Shown here one piece after another: positions 31,215-43,099 of a stretch of 64,000 bases of DNA. Position 1 is the first letter of the stretch, and every line of letters starts with the position of its first letter. The translations under genes and the position numbers were made by a program. Origin of the DNA: Guillardia theta CCMP2712 (Eukaryota > Protista > Cryptophyta). The notes below the pieces were generated by a model. That model saw only the letters and a list, made by a program, of their open reading frames with translations. It was not told the DNA's origin and searched no databases. The stretch lies in NCBI RefSeq assembly GCF_000315625.1, contig NW_005434610.1:74790-138789 (forward strand), read 5' to 3'.

Positions 31215-33181
31215 AAAAAAGAGAGTACGTATTGTAGAAAATATTAAACACTGCTACGATGACATTCAAATGAGTGATACCATGATATAGATTTTACAAT
31301 TTCCTGATAGGCTATGGTGGTTTCACGATTGTCATCATTGCACAGGCTGAGTTAATCATCCTTAAACCTGGTCGCCGCCTTGCTGCCATTGCGATTTCCT
31401 GCAAACTCACCCACCCCCTCCTGAAAAGGTACCCCCAAGATATCGTACAAATACACCGGTACTAGACCCTTTTATTGGGAGTTCCACCCCCGTGGGCCGG
31501 GGGCAAGGTCCGATCCGGGTGCTGTGTAGCTCTCAGTGACCGTACGGGCACTCCTATCCCAGTCCGCCGTTTCCTCGGAGGGCCGGGGCCCGGAGGATCC
31601 TCCGATCCGAACAGTGATTCGCCGGGGCCCGGCCCGGGCCCAGTCCGCCTGCTGCCGACCGTCCCACGCTTCAAGAGACGAGTCCGCCTCTGTGGTCTAT
31701 GATACTGCAGTTGTACCGGGGGAACGGTCCCGTATGAGCCTTTGCCGGTGCGCCTATGAAACAGGGTCATAGGGCTAGTACGGCAAAGTAGTACGACAGT
31801 ACGGCTCTGGTCACTGGGCTGGGCCGGGCTGGGCTACCGTACTACGGTAGCTACCGTGCTTTCGATAAGGAGGTAGGGGTCATGAAAGTCAGGGTGGGAC
31901 CCCTACATAGCCGGGCCTATCAGGGGCTACCGGTAGGTATATCGGTGGTTTCTGTGTTGAACTTGGTCAGGGGGTACTCAGGTGATAGTACGGTCGACCT
32001 TGACGCTAAAGAAGATTGCGCCAGGGGGGGGTGGCCACCACAGAGTCAGCACCACTACCCCCTTTTTCATATCTTACCACCCTCAGTTTCTGAGGCACTA
32101 CAGATACTTTTGTGGGGACCACCCACCCTGCAACGGGAATGCAACTAATAAGCCACCAGCACCCACCCATAAGATTTAACTTTTCCACCAACTTGGCCTG
32201 GTCGAATCACCCCTATTGTTAACCATGACTACCCCCACCTCTGACCTGCACCTTTACCCCCACCCTGATTTCTGAGCTGGCAATCTCTACGAGTGGTCCT
32301 TTTCCACTACTACTCTTGTCGTACCCCTACCCCCTGATTCCCTATTACCACCCCCCTCGTCCTGCAGACTGCCACAAAACAATCACCCCCCCCAACCTTG
32401 TGCTCCACTTGTATGGCCACCACTCACTTCAATTCCACCCCTTCCTTTCTCCCACCCTACCCCCCCATGTCCCTCAATTTTCGTATCTCTCATCCTCTTT
32501 TGTCACCCTCTTTTATGTACCCACCCTCCGTCCCCACCACCACCACCCCTCCATTTTGAGTTTATCCTACCCACCTGCCGCTACTTTCAAACCATGCATG
32601 AAAGTTACCGTGGCGGCCCGATGGTCGCACACATGGTAGCGAGGGCATGGATGCAAGCATTCCCCTCCTCTGAGAACGCTTTACTGAATGACTACACATA
32701 CCTTTGTGCTGATCTTATCTTCATACCTTAGAGTACCAGTGCCTGATAGACTTGTACGCCTTCGTTTTTCAAGAACTCAGCGTGATCATGTGAATTGACA
32801 GCAAGGACTTTGACATGCGGGACAATACCTCATGATTGATCTCTGTCTGCTCGAATTTTTTCTTGCATGGTTGAAGATTTCTCACACGTAGCTTGATGTT
32901 CTCACGTCTTGTTAGGGGTGGACGTGTTATGTCGTTTTTGGTGCATTTTTCCCGGCTTGTTTGTTGTTTCCAGGTGCATATTTTCCCAATTTCCCTCAGT
33001 TTCATTCGTATCACAATTTACTTCCTCACTTCATCCATCAATTTTACATGTTTTCGGCTAGAATCCTTTCGCCCATTGCGATTGTGACTGGCTCTTTTGT
33101 AGCTGCCTTTTGATCTGGCTTGACGAAGACGACATGCGTTGAGCAGTATTTGGCTGCCTCTGAGTCTTTCTTGGCAGGTCG

Positions 33182-35139
33182 ATGTCGGATACTGACAGCC
33201 TTGCAAGGAAAGGAAAAGCTTCATCTGAGGACAACATCATAGACCCGTTAGCTCCTAGCAAAGTTGAATTGAGCAGCAAAATGGAGTTGCCCGAAATGAA
33301 TCAGGATGAAAGCACACTCAATGGAATTGTACAACTGCAGGTGAACGACTCTGATGACGATGACAGCGAATCACAAACAAATTCGAGCAAAACACTGTCT
33401 CATACTATGAAAATAGAAGACAGCCTGAGTCTCAATATGACTGAGGCAAGAGACGCGGAATCAAAATTATCCATCCTCTCGGGAAGTGAGCAGTCGACGC
33501 CAAGCTCGCCTGCGCTTGCAAACGCGATATCATCTTTGAAGTCACCTTCGTTTGGAAACGAGCAGTCGACGCCAAGCTCGCCTGCGCTTGCAAACGCGAT
33601 ATCATCTTTGAAGTCACCTTCGTTTGGAAACGAGCAGTCGACGCCAAGCTCGCCTGCGCTTGCAAACGCGATATCATCTTTGAAGTCACCTTCGTTTGGA
33701 AACGAGCAGTCGACGCCAAGCTCGCCTGCGCTTGCAAACGCGATATCATCTGTGAAGTCACCTTCGTTTGGAAACGAGCAGTCGACGCCAAGCTCGCCTG
33801 CGCTTGCAAACGCGATATCATCTTTGAAGTCACCTTCGTTTGGAAACGAGCAGTCGACGCCAAGCTCGCCTGCGCTTGCAAACGCGATATCATCTTTGAA
33901 GTCACCTTCGTTTGGAAACGAGCAGTCGACGCCAAGCTCGCCTGCGCTTGCAAACGCGATATCATCTGTGAAGTCACCTTCGTTTGGAAACGAGCAGTCG
34001 ACGCCAGCAAAACCTGTTTTTACTTGGAGAAGGGCGGACGAATTTGCGCATGCTACTGTCGATATTCTGAGAAGAATCAATGCTGATCTTTGCAAAAATA
34101 AGGATCTAAGGAAGATTCAAGAATTGTATCAGACAGAGATTCATCGAAATCCGCGGAATGTCGAGATATTGAGAGCCTACTCATGCTTTCTCGCTGGGAT
34201 TGGAGAACGGAATTCTGCTGAAAAATATTTGCAGGAGGCTCTCCAGATCAATCCACGCTCACTAGAATCCTCAATCTCTTACGCAGAATTGTTGTTGGCA
34301 GGAATTGATTATAAGCGACGCTTTCATGAGTTACAGAAGGCTGAAATGCTCCTCCTGAGAATACAAGACATCTTTCCGGACAACCGAAGAATACAACTGC
34401 TCTTAGACAGAATTACTTCCACAATATCGAAGCATGACATGAGCATGTTTGTCTCTAGCTCTGGATTTCTCAATATTCAGGTATAGCTTCTGTTTTCTTT
34501 GATAAGCCACATTTATAAGAATTTATTCAGGGGAAAAAAGACAGGCAAGAATCGATGCCAAGTTTCACTCCGCAGCGCAGAAGAGCACAGATTTCTACAT
34601 GTTTCAACATGCTGAAGGAAGCCGTATCAACCTTTGAAGAGGAACTTTCAAACATCAAGCATGAAGAAAAAGACAAGTCCATTAACCCGGAGAAAGCGGA
34701 AGAATTAAAGCAGAAGGCTGAAGAACGCCTGAACAGGGTGAAGCTTGAATGCCTGGTATCAGGAATGCTTCAGGTGTTTTTGATGTGTCTCACGGAATCT
34801 GGACAGAGGGAAGACATGATAAACAAAGACTCAAACTCCAAACCGTTCTCCTTTGAGGTAACCTATCTCCATTGCAATGAAATGGATTTAACGCAAGAAT
34901 ATTTAGCATGACAATGATTCGAGCAAAGGCAAATCAGAAAGAGACACGCGGAAGGATGAAGACGATGAGGTGAAACTTGTGCGATGTATAATGATGTCTT
35001 TCCGATTGACATTTTAAAATTAGGATGTATTGTCAAGAGGAAAGAAGAAGAATGACAAATCTATGTTTTTCTGCATCCCGATCTCACTTTGAATGTATGT
35101 CTGTATCTAAACACTCTTGAACACGTCGGCGGAAGGTAG
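33182..35139 (+). CDS. TPR-containing protein with an S/P-rich repeat region (ends approximate)
   Basis: 434-aa ORF with TPR-like NPRNVEILRAYSCFL..AEKYLQEALQINP, plus further spliced exons. Confidence 0.65.
33488..34006 (+). repeat. 72-bp coding tandem repeat, 7 copies plus a partial (EQSTPSSPALANAISS[L/V]KSPSFGN)
   Basis: Near-identical units; units 4 and 7 carry the V variant. Confidence 0.97.
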
Positions 35140-35176
35140 GTGGAGCTGAAATTATACATTGTACTGTTGGATGTTG

Positions 35177-36146
35177 TTAGTTTCGAATCTGAACGAGAGG
35201 TTCGGATCCGTTTGATGTAACCTGAGGAGCATGTCACAATCACAAGTAAATTAAATCTCTCTTTGCCGTACAAAGTTCCCGGGGATGTAACCCTGGTACT
35301 TCATCCCAGGTCGACTGGCCAGGCACCAGCCATCCGGACGGATGAAGATGACGTCAAACTTCTCTCCCTGCGCAGCCAGTGAGAGCTCGGCAATCAGCCT
35401 CGGTCTGCTCACCTTGTGGATATGAAGCTCCATTCTGTGGTCGGGGGGGAACGGAAGCGAATCGGAGGCCTCGTAGTCATAGAGGCCAGTGACCTCTAGC
35501 GGGGGGCTGAAGTACTCTGATGCCAAAGGAGGGGGTGAGTTGCTGCTGCCATGAGCGGGCTGGACTTACCCAACGCGTGCTTAACAGTAGCATTCGCACT
35601 GTCCTGCTCCTGCAGCTGCTGAGGAAACAAAATCACTCCCCGAGCTCGCTATCGAGTTGCTGTCATGCACACCTTCCCTTCCACACTTCGCAGGGCTCCT
35701 GCGCAGTAGATGTGATTCGATTCAATCGCTATGTCCAGCGCTGTCTTGCCCTCGTTGTTCTTGAGCAGCACAGCTCCTCGCTGCTCCCCCGTCAGAGCTC
35801 ACACACGTGCCGGCACTTCGACTACCTGCAGCAAGATCTTGCAATTGTTGATCTTCCCCTTTCGAGCTGCAAGATGGAGTGCCGTATCTCCCTCCTCGTT
35901 CTGCATGTTCACATTGACCGCGTCCTTTCTTGCGTCCAGAAACGACTGCAGGGCCTGAGGTTGGCCGTGCTCGGATAATGTCAGCAGGTTATCCAGCAGG
36001 ACTCCCTGATTGATCGAAGACACGCTCGGTCTTGTGGTAGGGAAGCGGTAGCCTGTTTTGCTCTTCCCCTGCTCTTTGTTGCTCGATAAGTTTGAGCAGC
36101 AATCGCACTTCAATCCCTTGTCGATGCTCGAAATTTCTGCTCCCAT
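35177..36146 (-). CDS. Ankyrin-repeat and SH3-domain protein, multi-exon
   Basis: Ankyrin motifs NEEGDTALHLAARKG and NNEGKTALDIA. SH3 motif GLYDYEA..ELHIHK|GEKFDVI..DGWCLA..QGYIPGNFV. N-terminus MGAEISS..CDCC. Confidence 0.85.
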
Positions 36147-36589
36147 GGTCCTTGAACCGTGACACGGAGTCCGAACGTCCCGTGAACCCTGTATGCGCCA
36201 AACTTGATCTTCCAGCTCCTCTTACCTTGTTCGGCTTACCTCCCTGCTCCTCTTCCTCTCCTCGTCTCCTCCTCCCCTCCTGCTCAGTCTCTGTACTTCA
36301 TGCCGCACTACTGGCTGATAACAGCGGACCGATGGAACGTCACATTTCACTGTTCAAACATTTTCACGTTGCTTTTTCAAATATGTATTTTTTAATTTAA
36401 AATATTAGTGTTTAATTTGGGTCTTAGTGCGCCAGTCGCCAGTAAGTCAAACTTCGGATATAAAGCTTCAAACTTTGGATATAAGTTTGAAGTTTGTACC
36501 AAAAGCCTGGTGATGTGAAAGTTGGAAAGTTTCGTCTGTTGGCGGGAGTCGAATCGCAATGGCTTCGTAAATTGCATAGTGGGATAGAA

Positions 36590-36627
<38 letters not shown>

Positions 36628-36647
36628 AGGGAGCAGGATCAGGAGAC

Positions 36648-38353
36648 ATGGAGGCATCAAACCAAGATTACGAAGATGAGCAAGCACCCAATGAAAGCAG
36701 GTCTGCAGAGACGAGCAAAAAAGAGACCAACGATGCACCCAAAGTCGAGAAGAAGGTGAGTAGTAAAAGCTTGACCAAAGCACCTCCGACTGCCAAGTCC
36801 CAAGGCTCCACCCAAGATAATGCTGGTGGTAACGAGGAGCAGAAGGATTTAATGAAGATGATAGTACAGATGAATAGAAAGCAAGCCTCACAACAGTCTG
36901 AGGGCCATGCTATCTTGGTCGGGACAAAATCTTCCGGGAAATCGACTTTGATCCAACGATGCAAGAGCTCTGACAAAGACGACGAACTACAACCAACAAT
37001 TGCCCTTGACTACTCGTTTGCTCGAACCGTCGACAAGGGCAAGACAGGAAACAAGGATGTGGCACATTTCTGGGAGGTTGGAGGAGGGACATCTCTGCCT
37101 GATCTGTTGGATGTGCCATTGAATGAGAATAATCTCAAGAATGTTGCGTTCGTTATAGTCGCAGATCTCTCCAAACCGAGCGAGGTTATCGCAGTGGTGC
37201 AATTCTGGTTGAGGAAGCTTGAGAGGAGGATACAGACTTTAGAGCAGATATGCAAGAAGGACCCGAAACAAGCGAAACTCATCGAGATGCTCAAGGACAG
37301 GTCGATCAGGCGATTCGGCGATGGGGGGGAGAAGCACAAGGACATGCAGGGACCCTTGAGCAACTTGTTCAAGATTCATCCCGTCAACATTGTGATCGTA
37401 GCGAGCAAATATGATGAGTTTGCACACAAAGATCCGGAGCTGAAGAAGGTCATGAGCCGGACTCTTCGTTTCCTGGCTCATACAAACGGGTCATCGTTGC
37501 TGTACACGTCGCAGAATGAAAAACAGCTCATCTCGAATTTCCGCCAGATCCTGAGTCAATATCTCCTCAAGGGCCAGGTTTGTCGACGATGTCCACCAAG
37601 ACATCTGCTTTGATGCATGTGTTGCAGCAAGTGAGGAAGGAGCAGAGGGTTGTAGATCATCTCAAGCCTCTCCTGGTTCTCTTGTTGTCTCTGCACTTCC
37701 CTGCCAACTGTTTCACCTGCAGGTTCCAGCGGGTAGCGACTTGTTGGAGGATATCGGAGCACCTCCGGTGAGAAATGAGACGCAGTGGGTTGTGTTCCTT
37801 CCTCACTAGTGCCGGTAGGTGGACGTGTCGTCTCTAGATCGCTCCAAGCTGTCGGACCCGCTCCATCTTTGGTTTCGCAAAGTTTTGAGAGTGATAGTGC
37901 CTGAAAGTTTGAACCTAGGCTGCACTACTTCGAGAGTTGTTTTGGGGAGATCCCATCGCTGCATGCTGGTGAGAGCGGGTGCGGATTTCCTAGCTGCCTT
38001 CTGATCTACGTGACAGACGAAGGTCCCGCTTTCATCTTGGATCCTAAGGGGCAGGTACGCGCAACACGCGGAGGGGTTCGAGTAAGACACCTGAGCTTCC
38101 GACGCAGTACAAGGAGGCTTCGATCGACAAGGCGCTTGCTTACAAGGAGGAAGATCTCAAGATGTATAAGGAGATGCAGGAGAGGGTGCGTGGATGACAT
38201 TGAATGTCTCGCAAGGACTTCACAGGTTGTGATGGTGTTTGATAGGAGAAAGAGGAGCAGGCCAAGGAAGCCAAGCCTCCACCGACTCGTAAGGTGTCCA
38301 AAGCACCTTCAATAAGGTCGAAACCAAAGTCAAACGCGCCCAGTCAAGAATAA
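36648..38353 (+). CDS. DYNC2LI1: Cytoplasmic dynein-2 light intermediate chain (retrograde IFT), multi-exon
   Basis: GTKSSGKSTLI, PTIALDYSFAR, KDVAHFWEVGGG, VADLSKP, SKYDEF..KKVMSRTLRFLAHTNG. Confidence 0.9.
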
Positions 38354-38525
38354 GTAGCATGCTGCTGCCCGCTTGCAGCAAACGTTCTTTCTAGACGTAA
38401 ACTCCAACGAACCACTTGGCTTCACACTTCAAAGTTGCTCTACAGACTAGATAGGCACAGGATGTCGCGCTGGTTTTTATATCATAGAATCGCAGCAGCT
38501 CACTTCGAGAACACAACCATCAAAC

Positions 38526-39431
38526 TTAAAGGCCGAGCTTGGTGCGGCGCCAATTCCTTCGCTTTGAGTTATACCTGCAATGCTGGTCATGCCAAGACCT
38601 CAGGCCTCACATCGCGCTTGTCACCTGATCTTATTGTCCGTCCTTAGACGAATCCATTGAGGGATCTGCCTGTTCTGACGCGCTTTCTTTGCAAGAATTT
38701 TCTTGATCTTGAAGGACTTGTGAGCAGGCTGTTTGAATAATGTCAGATAACGATCAAGGTGCTGAAACATGTGCGAGACTGTGATGAAGCCTGCATTATG
38801 ACTGTAATCCCTCCGATGAATGTTTCGAATGAATGGAGTACGAGCAGGAGCAGGAGCATGCTACGAGAAACACGTACAAAATCGCCCCCGATTCCCCCTC
38901 CTCCCGTTCAGATAACTCCCCCTTTCATAAGATCCAACGGACGGTGCAGTGCACGATACATCAACTTAGACATCAATTCGAATAAAGTAACTATTGAGAA
39001 GCTCAACATCAACTCTGTCCCGTTCACATTAGAGCGCAACAAATCATGCGAAATGATGTGAAGATGTAAAGATAAGTCGACACCGGGCAAGACAGCTTTG
39101 CGAACGCTCTGTACATCAATTTTGGACAAGAGGGTTGGGTGACAGTCAACATATTCGGCACGAAGTAATGATATAACAAGGAAAGGAACAGAATCAAACA
39201 AAGTTACACAATCAGACGAACAGCATGCCACCCAATCCACATCACCAAGAGAAAATGCGCATGGCACGGCAAGCCCAGAACAGAGGCGATGGGGATGGAG
39301 AGTGAGGACAAGGAAGGAAGGTAGACTCGTGGAGATGGAGAGATTTATCGTGATTGTGGGTACAAGAGTAGGGGAGCATGCTGTCAGGCTGCTGCATCGC
39401 CGCCGAATCCTCCAACTTGCGCACTCACCAT
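38526..39431 (-). CDS. RPL39: 60S ribosomal protein L39 (eL39), exons 39431-39429, 38728-38625, 38574-38526
   Basis: Spliced product [51 protein letters not shown], 51 aa, with canonical GT-AG sites. Confidence 0.95.
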
Positions 39432-39745
39432 AGCGACAGGCTTCACGAGAGCACGAGGAGGAGGAAAAAAAGACTTTACAAACATTTAGGATAGTTTAAA
39501 TTATTTTAAATGTGTAGGGTACACTATATTTCATTTATAAAAGTTTACAAATTGTTATAGTAATTTAAATTTCAAATTATATTATACATAATGATTAATA
39601 TATATTTAAGTTTCAAAAATTCAGGTACAATGTGGCTGAAATCTCCATCAAGACCTCAAATCTAAAACTGTGTTTTAAGAGCCTTGCAAGCGCCCAGGTG
39701 AGATGCGATGCGATAGCCCCTGCCGCTGACCGCCATCGCCTCCTC

Positions 39746-39850
39746 CTCCATGCTCCTCCATGCTCTGAATCCCTCCATGCTCCTCCATGCTCTGAATCCC
39801 TCCATGCTCCTCCATGCTCTCAGACCCTCCATACCCCGCCATGCTCTGAG
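39746..39850 (+). repeat. 27-bp tandem repeat, ~4 copies
   Basis: Unit ctccatgctcctccatgctctgaatcc. Confidence 0.85.
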
Positions 39851-39902
39851 GTCCTCACCAGCTTCCAGGATAGCCACTCCCCTCACCGCCTGCTGGAAGA
39901 GG

Positions 39903-40385
39903 ATGGCAAGCACGCATTACTCGGTCCATCGTGCTGCTCTCGAGGACAACCTGGAGTTGGTCAGCCAGGCGCCTCACTGCGATCTGCTGAGCATGGAGGA
40001 GAACACTGGCAACAGCACTCTCATCTCTGCAGCAGAGGGTGGAAGCGAGCGCTGCACCACCTTCCTCCTCAACCTCCAACCCCCCAAGATCGATGTCGAT
40101 GCGGCCGGCATGATGGGTAACACTGCTCTTCACCGAGCTTGTAGGCGCGGGCATTCCAACATTGTTAGAATGTTGATTGAGGCAGGGGCAGATGTGAACA
40201 AACCCAACTCAAAGCAACAGTTCCCCCTCCACGTCGCAGCATTCTACCGCCACAGGGGATGCGTGGAGAACCTTCTCAAGAGTGACAAGATCGACACGGG
40301 GGTGCTGGACAGGAAGGGAAGAACCCCGGCGGAGGACACCAAAGACCCCGACATTGCAGAGCTGATTCGCCGCTGCAAGGCTTGA
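39903..40385 (+). CDS. Small ankyrin-repeat protein
   Basis: GNSTLISAA, GNTALHRACRRGHSNIVRMLIEAGADVN, QFPLHVAA, GRTPAE. Confidence 0.85.
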   Translation: MASTHYSVHRAALEDNLELVSQAPHCDLLSMEENTGNSTLISAAEGGSERCTTFLLNLQPPKIDVDAAGMMGNTALHRACRRGHSNIVRMLIEAGADVNKPNSKQQFPLHVAAFYRHRGCVENLLKSDKIDTGVLDRKGRTPAEDTKDPDIAELIRRCKA

Positions 40386-41653
40386 TGCGCTCAATGCCGG
40401 ACTGATGTGCTGTTTTCCTCCTCCTCATGCACTTTCGATGATACCGGGAGTGGAAATAAAAATCACCGTGTGAGTTGTGGATCATAGCAGGACTCGTCAC
40501 TTATTACATGTCCGACGGACTGGCCGACGGCGGCTCAGCTCGCAACGAGTCACAGCCGCTGTGGGAGGCTGTCACGCGCCCTGATGATGGACTCCGAATG
40601 ATCGGACTCGGAATTCGACCGTCGGACGGTCCGGGGCCCGGCCCCCGGGCCGGGACGGGCCGGGCCGCGATCCAAGGCGGGTTGCACCACACTTCATCAG
40701 TAGCCTGTGTATGCATATGAATCTGACTCTGCCCGAACCGGCGGGCCCGGTGGGTGTAATGCCAATCTTCTAGCTCACAGGAAGCTCCGCAAGCTCCGTA
40801 TGATTACCGAGCCATTCGGAAAGCTGTCTGTCAGGAGCTTGGGTCGACAAAGGAGCTGCGGCTAGTACTGAAGTGACCGAGCAGTTCGACGAATCGAACG
40901 GTGGACAGCTGAAATGGACAACTTGGCAAGTTAAGTTATGTTCGCAAACTTGAAACTGCGAGTCAAGTGCACCTCTAGACCTGATGAACTGGAGAGGCTG
41001 TGAACTTAAATTGAAGCCCGGCCTCCGTTTAGTAGTTACTGAGTCACGTAGTAGTGGGAGAAAATACTCGGTGGCAGCGAACTTCGGAAGGTGACCGCAG
41101 GGGTGGGTACTAAATGATATATTTAGAGGGGTGGGGTCCATGCCCGAAGAATTTTATGTCACTTCTATAGTAAATGGAAAAACTGACAATAAAGAACTCA
41201 AATATTCTGTTTTGGTCTACAAAGCTAATTATTAGTTAATTAACTATATAACTTTGAGTGTATATATATAATCCACTTTTATTCAGTGCCGGAAGGACGC
41301 AAACACAAGATGGGGGGTAGATACGAGAAAGGTAGGGGTCCAAAGTCAAAAGGGTTATAGTAAGTAGGGGTATATCATCACATTCCCTCAGGAAAAATAG
41401 AGGTAGGGGTACAACTTCTGGTCTACCCCTACCCACTTCTTTTGAAGCATCCCCTGTTCTACCCCTGCTTCGACTGATCCACCCCCCATGTTCATGGACC
41501 CTGGTACTCTCTGCCACTACCCACTAATGTCTCACCCTCACCCCCAAATTTACCTTTGAACACCCCACAATACAGATGCAAATCAACCTGAAACATAGAT
41601 CCCACCCCTCCTTGATGAGTACCTACCCGTCGGTTTTACTAAGCCATCTCACA

Positions 41654-43032
41654 ATGCTGGGAGCCAGAATTCTTCGACAAGCGAGAAATGGTAAGGGGAG
41701 ATGAGAGAGCGAAGGTGGCGGGGAAGAGAAGAGGACGAAAGTGAAGGTGAGAGGAGCAGCAGGGAGAAGCAGCAGAGAGGAGCAGAGAATAGGGAGGAAA
41801 GAGCTTGCAGGGAGAGCAAGGTAGCAGCACCCAGAGGACCGAAATGCGAGGAAATGTGCGACAAACGAATTTGATGGAAGGCGACCGAGAGGCTAGAGGA
41901 TGGAAGGGGAGAAGTAGCAAGACAGAGATGATATCAGAGGGGGGAGCAGCAGCTCACAGCCTGACATGATCTCTACACCAGCACTTCCACGTACAGTGAC
42001 AGGATGGCGCTCCCTTTTCATCGATGTGAACTCTACCCCGAACATCAACAGGTAACCTCTTCCTCTTCCTCTTCCTCTTCCTCCCACACAGCGATTCTCT
42101 GATGATACTCTGTTCTAACCCTGTTTGACAGTCTCAAGTTTCACCCTGGCAAGACCGTGCTGCCGACTGGCACCATGGACTTTCCCAACATGAAAGCTGC
42201 TCAGAAGTCGCCGCTAGCCAAGGCCCTGTTCCGCATCGATGGCGTCTCCAGCGTGTTCTTCGGGCCAGACTTCATCACTGTGACCAAGAACAAGGACCAG
42301 CACTCGTGGGCGGAGATGAAGCCCGAGGTGTTTGATGCGATCCTGGACTTCTACGCTTCCGGGCAGTCGATCATTACCGCAGAGGAGGATATGCCCCAGG
42401 ACACTAAGGTGAACGAGGACGACTCTGAGGTGCGTGCTGCTGCGAGAGCCCGTCCTCCCGTGCTGATCCATGACGCACAGATAGTTGCGATGATCAAGGA
42501 GCTCCTGGACACCAGGATACGCCCGGCGGTGCAGGACGACGGGGGAGACATCAGCTTCATCGGGTTTGACGAGGAGACGGGAAGAGTCACAGTGCGGCTA
42601 CAGGGAGCCTGCTCGACGTGCAGCAGCTCCAAGGTCGTTCCCTCCTCCTCCTCCCTCGTCTCCCTCCTCCTCCCCTGCTGGCTCGTCTCTCGCCTCCTCT
42701 GCCCTGCTGGCTGGTCTCTCGCCTCCTCTGCCCTGCTGGCTCGGCTCACTCCTCCTCCCTCCTGATGGCTTGTCTCGCTGTTGACGCCCAACGTGCATGC
42801 AGGTCACGCTCAAGTCCGGAGTTGAGAACATGTTGATGCACTATGTGCCGGAGGTGACGGAAGTGGTGGCGGTCGAGGACGAGGAGGATCCCAACGACCC
42901 AGTCGTGAAGAAGCAGCGCGAGTTCGTTGCCGAGATGACGGGTGAGACGTACAAGACGCCTGCGTGTTGAAGTGTTGTGAAGAGGCTGCATGGTATAATG
43001 TGTAACATTACAAGGAAGAAGAAGAGGTCTAG
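41654..43032 (+). CDS. NFU1: Mitochondrial NFU1 Fe-S cluster carrier, multi-exon
   Basis: Leader [11 protein letters not shown]; [68 protein letters not shown]|[18 protein letters not shown]. Confidence 0.93.
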
Positions 43033-43099
43033 GAGGCGTTTTCTTGATGCTTCAGCTGCTCTCGCGCCCCTTCATCGCTCTTCTAAACCCTCTCATCTC

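Noticed and set aside
25344-31431. Target-site duplication around the putative compound element
   Set aside because: The flanks (ccttttta / aaaaggta) are inverted rather than direct repeats, so no TSD can be claimed.
33488-34006. Regular repeats resembling a CRISPR array (also 27767-27958 and 39746-39850)
   Set aside because: They are head-to-tail tandem units with no unique spacers, no cas genes are present, and the context is eukaryotic.
38759-39267. ORFs 38759-39061 and 38908-39267
   Set aside because: They lie inside the RPL39 intron and have no recognisable protein features.
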